A stretch of DNA of 64,000 nucleotides. It comes from a candidate division FCPU426 bacterium (lineage in GTDB: Bacteria; Oederibacteriota; Muellerivitia; Muellerivitales; Muellerivitaceae). The stretch is from NCBI GenBank assembly GCA_963738405.1, contig CAVTWJ010000012.1, forward strand, positions 94,609 through 158,608, written 5' to 3'. The notes under the pieces are model-generated. The model was not told the DNA's origin, ran no database searches, and saw only the letters and a list, made by a program, of their open reading frames with translations. Positions 44,771 to 53,310 of this stretch are shown here, in pieces. Position numbers and translations under genes: made by a program. Each line of letters begins with the position of its first letter. Positions within the stretch are counted from its first letter, which is position 1.

Positions 44771-45646
44771 TTAAAACTCCATGGCTAAAAGCTGGCGAAT
44801 CCAGAGAAACCCTATGGATTCAAGCAATAGGGCCGTAAAAAGAATGGCCCAGCCTTGGGGTGTAATAAATAAAGGCACCATAAGCGATGGGTCCATCACG
44901 AAGAAAACGAGACCCAGCAAAAAGGGCAGGCAACCCATGAGAATGCCCGAAAGCCGGGCCTGGGCGGTCATGGCGTCTCTTTTGCGCAAAAGGCGGTCCT
45001 TTTCTTGAAGGTTTTCCAGAAGCACCTCCAACAGGCGGGTCAAATTGGCCCCGGTAATGCGTGAAATGCGGTAGGCCTCGATGAATTGTCTGAAATCGTC
45101 AAAGCCGGGATAGCGGTCCGCCATAAATTCCAGGGCCTTGTCGGCGGCAGCCCCCAGGGCCATGTCTCCGCACACTTGGCGGTATTCGCCCTTTAAAGGT
45201 TCGGGGCATTCTTGAGATAGGTATTCCAAAACCTGCTGCATGGTCTGGCCCGACCTGAGGGCCTGAATCATCATTCCAAGGGATTGAGGAAAAACATCCT
45301 GTATGAACTTAAGTTTTTTCGCTGTTTTTTGCTTTTCGATAAATTTTGGTCCTAAGCGCAATCCTAAACCCAGAAAACCAACCACCATTAAGAGAAATAG
45401 GCCGGTACCAGCTTCGCCGTAGATAACGACTCCCAAAGAAAGGATGGCACCCAGAAGAATCCATCGGGTGTTCTTATCGATCGTTATTTTTCCGGAAACG
45501 CTAGGTGAAGTTTTAAGGGTTGGCTTCGGTTGGGGTTGGACTTGGTTCTTGGGGAGAAACTGAAGGAGAAAAGAGACCAACCCATATCCCGCCAAGCCCA
45601 CGCCCAGGGCCCCGATTCCCGAAACGATCCAGGGAAAGGCGCTCAT
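44771..45646 (-). CDS. tadB: Tad pilus inner-membrane platform protein TadB
   Basis: FPQSLGMMIQALRSG...TGANLTRLL...AMTAQARLSG. Confidence 0.88.
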   Translation of the reverse strand: MSAFPWIVSGIGALGVGLAGYGLVSFLLQFLPKNQVQPQPKPTLKTSPSVSGKITIDKNTRWILLGAILSLGVVIYGEAGTGLFLLMVVGFLGLGLRLGPKFIEKQKTAKKLKFIQDVFPQSLGMMIQALRSGQTMQQVLEYLSQECPEPLKGEYRQVCGDMALGAAADKALEFMADRYPGFDDFRQFIEAYRISRITGANLTRLLEVLLENLQEKDRLLRKRDAMTAQARLSGILMGCLPFLLGLVFFVMDPSLMVPLFITPQGWAILFTALLLESIGFLWIRQLLAMEF

Positions 45647-45648
45647 GG

Positions 45649-46398
45649 TTATTCCTCCACCCCGACGCCTTTTCGGAAGGGCTCTTTCTCTTCCAATTGG
45701 CGAAGGGCATTTTGGGCTGAATGGATAAGGGTAGGGTTCTTGGAGATGGAAACGAACTTTTGAAGTTCGGTCTTGGCCAAACTGCGGTCTTGAAGTTTTA
45801 AATAGGTGTTGGCCACCATCAGTTGGGCCGATTGGGCCAGGGGCGAAGCCGGAAACTTTTCAACTAAAGATCGGTAACTGGTCAAGGCGTCCCCCACCTT
45901 GTCCTTCAGCAAAAGGCAATTGGCTTCCTGGTATAAGGCGTAGGGGGCAACATCATTTCCCGCCCCTTCCAGCTTGGTGTATTCCTTCAGCGCCCGGTCG
46001 TAGTTCCCTTCCCAGAAATGGCAATCCCCAATCCATTTTGCGCCCTCTACGGCATGGGGGCTTTGGGGAAAAAAATCGAGAAGCTGTTTTAAGGCCAGCC
46101 TGGCTTCCGGATAAGCCTTTTCACCGAAAATCAGGGCATAACTCTCGAGGTAAAGAGCCTCTGGAACGGCGGGTGAGGGAGGAACTTGGCTCACGATCAC
46201 CTTGGCCTGGTTAATCGCCGTTTCGTAATGTGCCTTAGCGATCAGCCCCTTTAGGTTTTCTACTTGGGGGTTCGAAGACTCTGCCGCCACAACCGGCTTG
46301 AATTTAGAGCATGCGACGGAGGAAAGAATAGTGAGTGAAAAAAATAGAGATGTTAATAACCGGTACAAGATTTCCCTCGGTAAATAGGATAAGTTCAA
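45649..46398 (-). CDS. TPR lipoprotein (BamD-like repeats)
   Basis: Lipobox VAC; TPR units such as YRSLVEKFPASPLAQSAQL. Confidence 0.8.
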   Translation of the reverse strand: MNLSYLPREILYRLLTSLFFSLTILSSVACSKFKPVVAAESSNPQVENLKGLIAKAHYETAINQAKVIVSQVPPSPAVPEALYLESYALIFGEKAYPEARLALKQLLDFFPQSPHAVEGAKWIGDCHFWEGNYDRALKEYTKLEGAGNDVAPYALYQEANCLLLKDKVGDALTSYRSLVEKFPASPLAQSAQLMVANTYLKLQDRSLAKTELQKFVSISKNPTLIHSAQNALRQLEEKEPFRKGVGVEE

Positions 46399-46452
46399 CT
46401 CCGCGATATTTTAGTTTTATTTTGAAATAGAGCGAAGAAAAATAAGAAAAAT

Positions 46453-47478
46453 AAGGGGTCAGGCCTCCATTTTCCATTCTTCAATCTTTTTGGCTAATCC
46501 CTTATCCTTCAACAGCCTCACCTTCATCTTCACCCAACGGTTCCCCACCGCCGTTAGCCCAACCCCCATCCTTTTCCCTATTTCCTTTAAACTCAATCCC
46601 GATTCCCGTTTCAGCAAGTAGATCGCGACGTCCCGCGCCTCCGACCCCCGTTTCCCTGCCCTTAACAGTTCTTCCGGTTTTTCCCCGTAAGCTGTCGCCA
46701 CTTTTCTTATCAGTCTGTCCGGATCCTGTTTAACCACATGCTTTTGGTATTTCGGCACATCCAAATGTTTATGCTTTTGCCCCGCCTCATGAACCCTGTC
46801 CAAAAACTCCTCTTTCCCCAAATACAGCCTGGAACGCAATTCATCCCACGGGGATTCTTTTCTTCCCATCCCCTCCGTCACAAATGCCCGATAGGCCTTT
46901 CGGGCTTGTTGAAGGGTTCTCCCGAATTGTCCCAATAACCAATCGGTTTCCAGCCATTTTTCCGGTTGCTCCAACCCAGCAGTGGCCTTGTAGCTGCTCC
47001 ATTTCCACTCACCGGGGCTTTTGACCATCCGGGCCCTGACGGGATTCAATACCACATACCGGCATAATTCCTTCAAATAACTGTCTTTCTCCACCACAAT
47101 CGCCTTATACCTTCCTTGGAATAGATGCCCCACCCTATGGTGCTTTTTATTGAATTTCTGGGTGTAAATGCCGTTAAAGTGTTTCATCGCCAAGGAAAGA
47201 TTTGCTGCTGGAGTTTCCAGAAGCAAATGGTAATGGTTATCCATCAAAACCCATGCATGGCAGGTGACGTCGTGATGATCGACCATCTCAGCCAAAAGGC
47301 GGACAAACATTCCCCGGTCGGCATCGTCGAGGACAATCTTCCGCCGCTCGTTTCCCCGGGAAGTGACGTGATAAACGGCGCCCTCATAATGAATCCGCTT
47401 GGGTCTTGGCATACCAGCATTTTAATCGGCACCTTCTATTTGTAAAATGGAATATGGAGGCCTGACCCCTTTTTTTTA
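46453..47478 (-). mobile_element. Y1/RAYT-like element copy 1, bounded by 26-bp inverted repeats
   Basis: 46453-46478 AAGGGGTCAGGCCTCCATTTTCCATT matches the reverse complement of 47446-47471 at 25/26 positions; right-end sequence is shared with copy 2 up to T8A. Confidence 0.75.
46459..47412 (-). CDS. HUH Y1 tyrosine transposase (IS200/RAYT-like) with C-terminal DnaA_C-like HTH
   Basis: YHVTSRGN, HUH motif NHYHLL, GHLFQGRY, RYVVLNPVRA, WSSY; C-terminal ARDVAIYLL...SLKEIG. Confidence 0.9.
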   Translation of the reverse strand: MPRPKRIHYEGAVYHVTSRGNERRKIVLDDADRGMFVRLLAEMVDHHDVTCHAWVLMDNHYHLLLETPAANLSLAMKHFNGIYTQKFNKKHHRVGHLFQGRYKAIVVEKDSYLKELCRYVVLNPVRARMVKSPGEWKWSSYKATAGLEQPEKWLETDWLLGQFGRTLQQARKAYRAFVTEGMGRKESPWDELRSRLYLGKEEFLDRVHEAGQKHKHLDVPKYQKHVVKQDPDRLIRKVATAYGEKPEELLRAGKRGSEARDVAIYLLKRESGLSLKEIGKRMGVGLTAVGNRWVKMKVRLLKDKGLAKKIEEWKMEA

Positions 47479-47502
47479 AAACAAACACGAACGGCGAACT
47501 GG

Positions 47503-47552
47503 GATCGCCACGTCGCCAACCGCCCCGATTGGGGCGGCTCCTCGCGATGACA
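47503..47552 (-). repeat. Palindromic REP-like element (single copy in window)
   Basis: Reverse strand TGTCATCGCGAGGAGC...GCGACGTGGCGATC with inner hairpin CCGCCCC-GATT-GGGGCGG; resembles the widespread GTCATTGCGAG...GCAATC intergenic repeats. Confidence 0.5.
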
Positions 47553-47605
47553 GCCTGAGCCCAAACTATAATGCTCAAACTGATACACTACCGAGGCCTG
47601 AAATT

Positions 47606-49315
47606 TCACGGCCCTTTGAGGGAATGAATGGAAAATAGGCTGAAGTCCGGGCATCTAAACTCAAGCAAGGCATAGATGGATTGGTGATAGTTTTCTTTCA
47701 TGTACTGGTTGAAATGATTTCCCTCCTCGGTGGAACAATTAAAAAAAACATGGGGATTATCCACCGCGTCCCTCAAGGGGTCATGGACCCCGAAACGATC
47801 CAAACCTTTTAAGCTATTGGGGCTCGTTTCCGAAAATGAAGTGACGAATAAATGAAAGGGCCTTAAGCATTCCAGGTCGTCCAAAACCCCGAATTTCTCC
47901 AGGGAAATAGTCCAAAACTCATAGAGCTGATGGTCTTGCGGATTCACCAGCTTTAAAAAACCGTGCAATCGCTCCTGCGACACCCGATTGTTCAGGTTCT
48001 GCCTGTAGTAATCCAAGAATGAGGGCAGGCCGCAAAAAAACGCGGCCAAAAGAACCAGCGCTTTCACTTTGCCGTCCCAGCCCTTCCGGGCTATTCCCCA
48101 TGGAGCTTCCGAGTTGAGCATGGTTAGCATGGCCAAATAGGCGAGGATGGGTAAAGTGACTCGGTCGGGTGCCCTGAAAAAATAAATGAGACACAAAAAC
48201 ACGAACAGCACCCATAAAAATTGGATTCCAAAATATTTCTGAAAATCCTTGGGGCAAAAAGGAAGGAAGATAAGAAAGCACAGGATGATACGGGCGTCCC
48301 AGGGCGAAACCAGAAGTTCCAGAAGGCCGTCATAAGTCGCTATCTTTCCCTCGGTGCCGAAACGGGAAAAATGGGCCCCCAGTTTTTGAAAGTGTTCGGT
48401 GTTGAATTTTCGGAAATCTGTGTAAAACCAGTTTTTAAACAGCCAATAATCATTCTCGCTCCATCCCACCGAATCGAAATAGGGTTTAGTTTGGGGGGAA
48501 TAGCTTGTAATCCGATAATCCTGCAACTCGACCCGGGCCTGGTCAAAATGGAGATACTCGCTCCATGCTTTGTCGCCATGAAACCAAGCGAAGTTGATCC
48601 CAGCCAGAACCATAATCCCCACCGCGATCATCGCCAGAAACCAGGCCCGACCCCGAACATAACCTCTGAAGCCCTTGTCCCTGAATCGCGTTGCTAGTAA
48701 GGGAACGGCAACAAGCCAGGCCAAAAAAAATGAATCCATTCGAATAAGGGCTGAGAGAAGGAGTAGCAAACCGGAAGCCGCTAAAATCGAGCTCCGGCGT
48801 CCGCTTCCAAAACTTTCGTGGTTTAAAACCAAAACCAGAATCCCGACGAAAGCGGCTAAAAGGGCTGTCATGGTGAATTGCATATAGGTGAAAAACAAAA
48901 AAAAGATGCAAGCCCAGGTCCCGATAAAGAGGCCGAGATGAAACCATCGCCTGGGTTTTTCGATTAAAAGCCAAAGGAAAACCCAAAAGGTGAAAAACTG
49001 GGTCCAGCATAAAAACCATCCATACCAGGGGATGGCCGGGACCCAGGCGAACAACTTGACCATTAGATAACCCAGCAGGATGCTGGAATAACCCACGAAG
49101 GGGGAAGGCGTCGAATCGGCCCCGAAACCCTTGACGGCCAATATTTTATAGATGTCGTCGTTGGCCATATAAAAAGGCCTTATCAAATATAACTGGATCG
49201 TGAACAGAAGGAGGGTCGCCGCGAACGAGAAAAGCGCCGGATTTTTCCAAATGCCCTCCGAAGGCCGAAGAAAGGGCTCGTAGGTTCCGGGCGCTGTGGA
49301 CGGGGAATTTAGCAT
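47606..49315 (-). CDS. Polytopic membrane protein (possible GT-C glycosyltransferase-like)
   Basis: About 11-12 hydrophobic segments, NDD in the first loop, LIRMDS motif. Confidence 0.65.
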   Translation of the reverse strand: MLNSPSTAPGTYEPFLRPSEGIWKNPALFSFAATLLLFTIQLYLIRPFYMANDDIYKILAVKGFGADSTPSPFVGYSSILLGYLMVKLFAWVPAIPWYGWFLCWTQFFTFWVFLWLLIEKPRRWFHLGLFIGTWACIFFLFFTYMQFTMTALLAAFVGILVLVLNHESFGSGRRSSILAASGLLLLLSALIRMDSFFLAWLVAVPLLATRFRDKGFRGYVRGRAWFLAMIAVGIMVLAGINFAWFHGDKAWSEYLHFDQARVELQDYRITSYSPQTKPYFDSVGWSENDYWLFKNWFYTDFRKFNTEHFQKLGAHFSRFGTEGKIATYDGLLELLVSPWDARIILCFLIFLPFCPKDFQKYFGIQFLWVLFVFLCLIYFFRAPDRVTLPILAYLAMLTMLNSEAPWGIARKGWDGKVKALVLLAAFFCGLPSFLDYYRQNLNNRVSQERLHGFLKLVNPQDHQLYEFWTISLEKFGVLDDLECLRPFHLFVTSFSETSPNSLKGLDRFGVHDPLRDAVDNPHVFFNCSTEEGNHFNQYMKENYHQSIYALLEFRCPDFSLFSIHSLKGP

Positions 49316-49340
49316 CGGTTCGATTTTATCATGCAGGCTA

Positions 49341-49780
49341 TTAAAGCGCTCCGGTCCATGCCGAAGAAGGTTGTTGATCCAACCTGGCCTGGAGTGCGCT
49401 TCCGTTTTTCACGAAAATCGCGAAGGTTTGATCCGCCGGATAAAAAGTTAAAAAACGGTATTGTTTGGAGAAATAGGGCAAAAACCCTTTTCCGGAGGAA
49501 TTCAAGACGATGACATCCGGCGGGGCCTGGTGTAATTGCGTCATCAACCGGTCCGTCCACTTTTGCCGCATCGGAGTGTCGATCAGGGCCCAGACGTAAA
49601 AGATCCATGCGGGGGGGCTTCGGCGGGATGCGAAATAGAGGCCGGTTTCGTTGCCGAACTCGTAAAAAGTTTCCTGGGGTTTCAAAAGCCGATCGAGGTT
49701 TCCAGCCAATCGATAGGAATCGACGAAAACCGGCCCGTACTTTTCTCGGGACCATTGTTCGGGACTCAGGGCGTAATTGG
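49341..49780 (-). pseudogene. C-terminal gene fragment cut at repeat 1 (resembles the soluble tail of an ArnT-like membrane glycosyltransferase)
   Basis: PNYALSPEQWSREKYG...FYEFGNETGLYFASRR...PPDVIVL begins directly at the repeat edge with no native start. Confidence 0.65.
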
Positions 49781-49817
49781 GTTGCACACCATCCTTTTTG
49801 CGAGGGCCATGTGCAGG
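49781..49817 (+). repeat. 37-bp repeat R1
   Basis: GTTGCACACCATCCTTTTTGCGAGGGCCATGTGCAGG, exact. Confidence 0.99.
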
Positions 49818-49847
49818 CCTCCTTGGACAAAATCTTTTTTGGTTAAC

Positions 49848-49884
49848 GTTGCACACCATCCTTTTTGGGAGGGCCATGTGCAGG
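49848..49884 (+). repeat. 37-bp repeat R2 (C>G at position 21)
   Basis: One mismatch at 49868, in the predicted loop. Confidence 0.99.
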
Positions 49885-50069
49885 CTCGTGTAGTAAGGAA
49901 GGAAGCCAAAAACAATCTTGTTTACACCAACTACCGGCGTCACGATCGGATAGGGGCTCTGGGCATAAACGATTTGGGAAGAGAACGTTAAAAACCAAAC
50001 GGCAATGAAGATTAAGAACCCACTTTTCAAGTAACTTCTTGTCAGATAAGAATTTTTACAAATGAACAT
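49885..50069 (-). pseudogene. N-terminal fragment of a secreted protein cut at repeat 2 (possibly GH18-like)
   Basis: Signal peptide (...SQIVYAQ) then KIVFGFLPYYTS running straight into the repeat. Confidence 0.6.
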
Positions 50070-50105
50070 TTTTTATAATTCCAGATAAAAAAATCTAGCA
50101 ACTGC

Positions 50106-50816
50106 TCATCTTTGGGATATGTCAGAGGCGACAGGAATAACTTTATTTATTACTTTGTCGCTTTTCGCACCACCTTCGCCTAAAGCGACAATCGCAAAAT
50201 AGTAATTCTTACCATTAGTTAAATTACCAATTTTAATTTGGGTTTCTTTTATGTCCCCATCGAGCCTCTTTTTAAAATTTCTTCCGTCTTCCGAAATGTA
50301 AATTAAATAGCCCATCCCCCCCAAAGGTTTACCATCCGGACTTTTATCCCAATTGCTTGGAACTTCATCCCAAGACAAATAAGCGGAGCCATCACCGGGT
50401 TTGATTTTAAAATTTGTCGGAGTTAAGGGTTTGGGAATTCTTCGAACCGTACCGGGAATACCGAAAGATTTTAATTTTCCTTCTTTCTTCAATTCTTCAT
50501 ATTTTTTTGATTGCGCTTCATGAGCCTCTTTCATAGAACCTGGTTCTCGTTCACCATTAGGATCAAAAACAACTTTCTTCTTCTTTGGTTTTATTGACCC
50601 AACAACATTGGTTGGCGTTCCTATGGGCACAGGTTGAGATATTTGAGCGGGGGTAGTTGAAGGATCTAATAAATTTGAACCATTGGGTGATGGTGTCTGC
50701 CCTAGCACTGATTTGCTAAATAAAAAGACGATTAAAAAAAAGGGAATGGTAAAAGCAAAAAGTGTCATGCCTGAAAAAAGAATATTGGATTTGACTCTGG
50801 GACTTGGCTTTTTCAT
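50106..50816 (-). CDS. Secreted/membrane-anchored protein with C-terminal fibronectin type III domain
   Basis: N-terminal hydrophobic segment; PTNFKIKPGDGSAYLSW...GYLIY...NLTNGKNYYFAIVA. Confidence 0.8.
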   Translation of the reverse strand: MKKPSPRVKSNILFSGMTLFAFTIPFFLIVFLFSKSVLGQTPSPNGSNLLDPSTTPAQISQPVPIGTPTNVVGSIKPKKKKVVFDPNGEREPGSMKEAHEAQSKKYEELKKEGKLKSFGIPGTVRRIPKPLTPTNFKIKPGDGSAYLSWDEVPSNWDKSPDGKPLGGMGYLIYISEDGRNFKKRLDGDIKETQIKIGNLTNGKNYYFAIVALGEGGAKSDKVINKVIPVASDISQR

Positions 50817-50961
50817 CTATATACCCCCTCACAGAAATTTAATTGTTAGTGCCGAAGAGTCCTTGAGGTTTGTGCTGGATACGCCCCCGTTTGGGGAGCC
50901 ATTTGCGCCTGAATATTGTCACACCATAACCTTTTCAACCTGAGCATGCGCTATGACCTTA

Positions 50962-50998
50962 GTTGCACACCATCCTTTTTGCGAGGGCCATGTGCAGG
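50962..50998 (+). repeat. 37-bp repeat R3
   Basis: Exact copy. Confidence 0.99.
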
Positions 50999-51036
50999 TC
51001 AAAGTACATGTCAGTACAGGACTTGCACAACTTGCC

Positions 51037-51073
51037 GTTGCACACCATCCTTTTTGCGAGGGCCATGTGCAGG
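51037..51073 (+). repeat. 37-bp repeat R4
   Basis: Exact copy, 38 nt after R3. Confidence 0.99.
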
Positions 51074-51097
51074 AGCCTGTGAACAAAGGGGCCAGGC

Positions 51098-52359
51098 TGG
51101 ACTTCCCCCGAAAAAATGGACACCTGAGATGAGTGTAGAATACAGCTTACGGGGGTGTCTGTCATGGCGCATCGAATCAATAGGAAATATAGCCTTGAGT
51201 TTAAGCTGGAAGCGGTTCGACTCTCGAATGAGTCGGGTAAGCCAGTTACTCAAGTGGCCCGCGATCTGAATATCAATCCCGCTTTTCTTTACCGTTGGCG
51301 TGATGAAATCCATAAAGAAGGTTCCAAAGCTTTTCCGGGAAAGCCTGGCCGGAGTGTCAAAAGCCCCGAAAATGCTGAGATCATCCGTCTGCGCAAGGAA
51401 GTCAAACGGCTCACGGATGAGCGCGACATACTAAAAAAAACTCTAGTCTTCTTCGCGGCCGAAGAAGCCAAAAATTCGAATGCATCCGAGAACAACAAAC
51501 CCAATACTCCATAACGATGTTGTGTCGTGTTCTTGGGGTCTCTCGTAGTGGCTATTACGCATGGTTGAATCGAGAACCGTCGAAGAGAGACAAAGAAAAC
51601 ATATTGGTTTTACAGGAAATTCGAGAAGTCTATTTGATATCGAGAAAGGCGTATGGATCCCCGAGAATTCACGCGGGGCTGAAGAAAGAAGGTTTTGGTT
51701 GGGGGCGCAATCGAATCGCTAGATTGATGAAAATGGCTGGAATTCGGGCCTTGAGGCAGTACTACTACCGACGTTGCACGTTGACGAATCATGGGAGGAT
51801 AAGAACCAAGAACCTGGTGAAACAAAAGTTCGATATTAAGAAGCCCAATAGAATCTGGGCATCTGATATTACCCAGTTTCGTACAGGGGCTGGTTGGTTG
51901 TACCTGGCGGTCGTGATGGATCTTTTTTCTCGGCGAATCATTGGTTGGTCAATGCAACCCCATCTGCGGGAGGAATTGGCCATCGATGCCTTGAAGATGG
52001 CGATTCAAGAAAGAGGTGATCAAACGCCGAAGATTCATCATTCGGATCAAGGCAGTCAGTATTCTTCGAGAGCTTTTATTAATGAACTGAAAGAGCATCG
52101 GATCCAAAGCTCGATGAACCAAAGGGGAAGTTGCTACGACAACGCGGTGGTCGAAAGCTTCTTCAAAACCTTGAAAGCAGAGTTGGTGAGAACCGTGCGG
52201 TTCAACACGAAGGAAGAGGCGAAAGCTAAGTTGTTTGAATATATAGAGATTTTTTACAACCGGAAGAGATTGCATTCCACCTTGGGCTACAAAAGTCCGG
52301 TGGAGTTTGAGGGAACAACTACACTAAACTAGATTGTCCACTAAATCGGGGGAAGTCCA
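51098..52359 (+). mobile_element. IS3-family insertion sequence (1262 bp)
   Basis: TG...CA ends; IRL TGGACTTCCCCCGAAAAAATGGACA versus IRR (reverse complement) TGGACTTCCCCCGATTTAGTGGACA; 3-bp target duplication GGC at 51095-51097 and 52360-52362. Confidence 0.96.
51164..52332 (+). CDS. IS3 transposase OrfAB (-1 programmed frameshift)
   Basis: OrfA HTH (RKYSLEFKLEAV...ERDILKK); A8 run at 51433-51440 whose -1 frame is open into OrfB (WASDIT, HHSDQGSQY, DNAVVESFF). Confidence 0.93.
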
Positions 52360-52362
52360 GGC

Positions 52363-53310
52363 CTACATTTTACACTTTAGAAGCCTCTTGGCGAACGCCC
52401 GGTCTTTAGCCATCTTCGTCTTGATCCTCGCCCATTGGTTCCCCACCGCCGAAAAACCTACCCCCATTCTTTTCCCGATCTCTTTTAAACTCAATCCCGA
52501 CTCTTTTTTCAGCCAATAAATCGCCACTTCCCGCGCTTCCCGCCTTCTCCGGACTGATTTCAGTATCTCGTCCGGCTTTTCCCCGTACACTACCCCGATC
52601 TTCTCCAGTACCATTGCCGGTTCCTTTTTAACCACATGTTTCTGGTACTTGGGCACATCCAGGTGGCGGTGTCTTCGCCCCACCTCGTGCACCCTGTCCA
52701 AGAATTCTTCTTTTCCCAGGTAAACCTGGGAATAAAGCTCTTCCCAAGGCGACTCTTTCTTGCCCATTCCATCCGCCACAAACTGCTTATAACTTTCTTG
52801 GGCCTGTTTTGCCGTTTTTCCGAACTGACCCAAGATCCAGTCTGTTTCCAGCCATTTTTGCGGTTGCTCCAACCCAGCAGTGGCCTTGTAGCTGCTCCAT
52901 TTCCACTCACCGGGGCTTTTGACCATCCGGGCCCTGACGGGATTCAATACCACATACCGGCATAATTCTTTCAAATAACTGTCTTTCTCCACCACAATCG
53001 CCTTATACCTTCCTTGGAATAGATGCCCCACCCTATGGTGCTTTTTATTGAATTTCTGGGTGTAAATGCCGTTAAAGTGTTTCATCGCCAAGGAAAGATT
53101 TGCCGCGGGAGTTTCCAGAAGCAAATGGTAATGGTTATCCATCAAAACCCATGCATGGCAGGTGACGTCGTGATGCTCGACCATCTCAGCCAAAAGGCGG
53201 ACAAACATTCCCCGGTCGGCATCGTCGAGGACAATCTTCCGCCGCTCGTTTCCCCGGGAAGTGACGTGATAAACGGCGCCCTCATAATGAATCCGCTTGG
53301 GTCTTGGCAT
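52363..53310 (-). CDS. HUH Y1 tyrosine transposase (IS200/RAYT-like), copy 2
   Basis: Same motifs as 46459-47412; N-terminal half almost identical, C-terminal half diverged. Confidence 0.9.
   Translation of the reverse strand: MPRPKRIHYEGAVYHVTSRGNERRKIVLDDADRGMFVRLLAEMVEHHDVTCHAWVLMDNHYHLLLETPAANLSLAMKHFNGIYTQKFNKKHHRVGHLFQGRYKAIVVEKDSYLKELCRYVVLNPVRARMVKSPGEWKWSSYKATAGLEQPQKWLETDWILGQFGKTAKQAQESYKQFVADGMGKKESPWEELYSQVYLGKEEFLDRVHEVGRRHRHLDVPKYQKHVVKKEPAMVLEKIGVVYGEKPDEILKSVRRRREAREVAIYWLKKESGLSLKEIGKRMGVGFSAVGNQWARIKTKMAKDRAFAKRLLKCKM

Noticed and set aside
50829..50961. Possible C-terminal gene fragment left of R3 with an in-frame TGA (KVMV*QYSG), hinting at recoding
   Set aside because: TGA is a normal stop in many genes here, and the fragment is too short to assign; more likely a decayed remnant.
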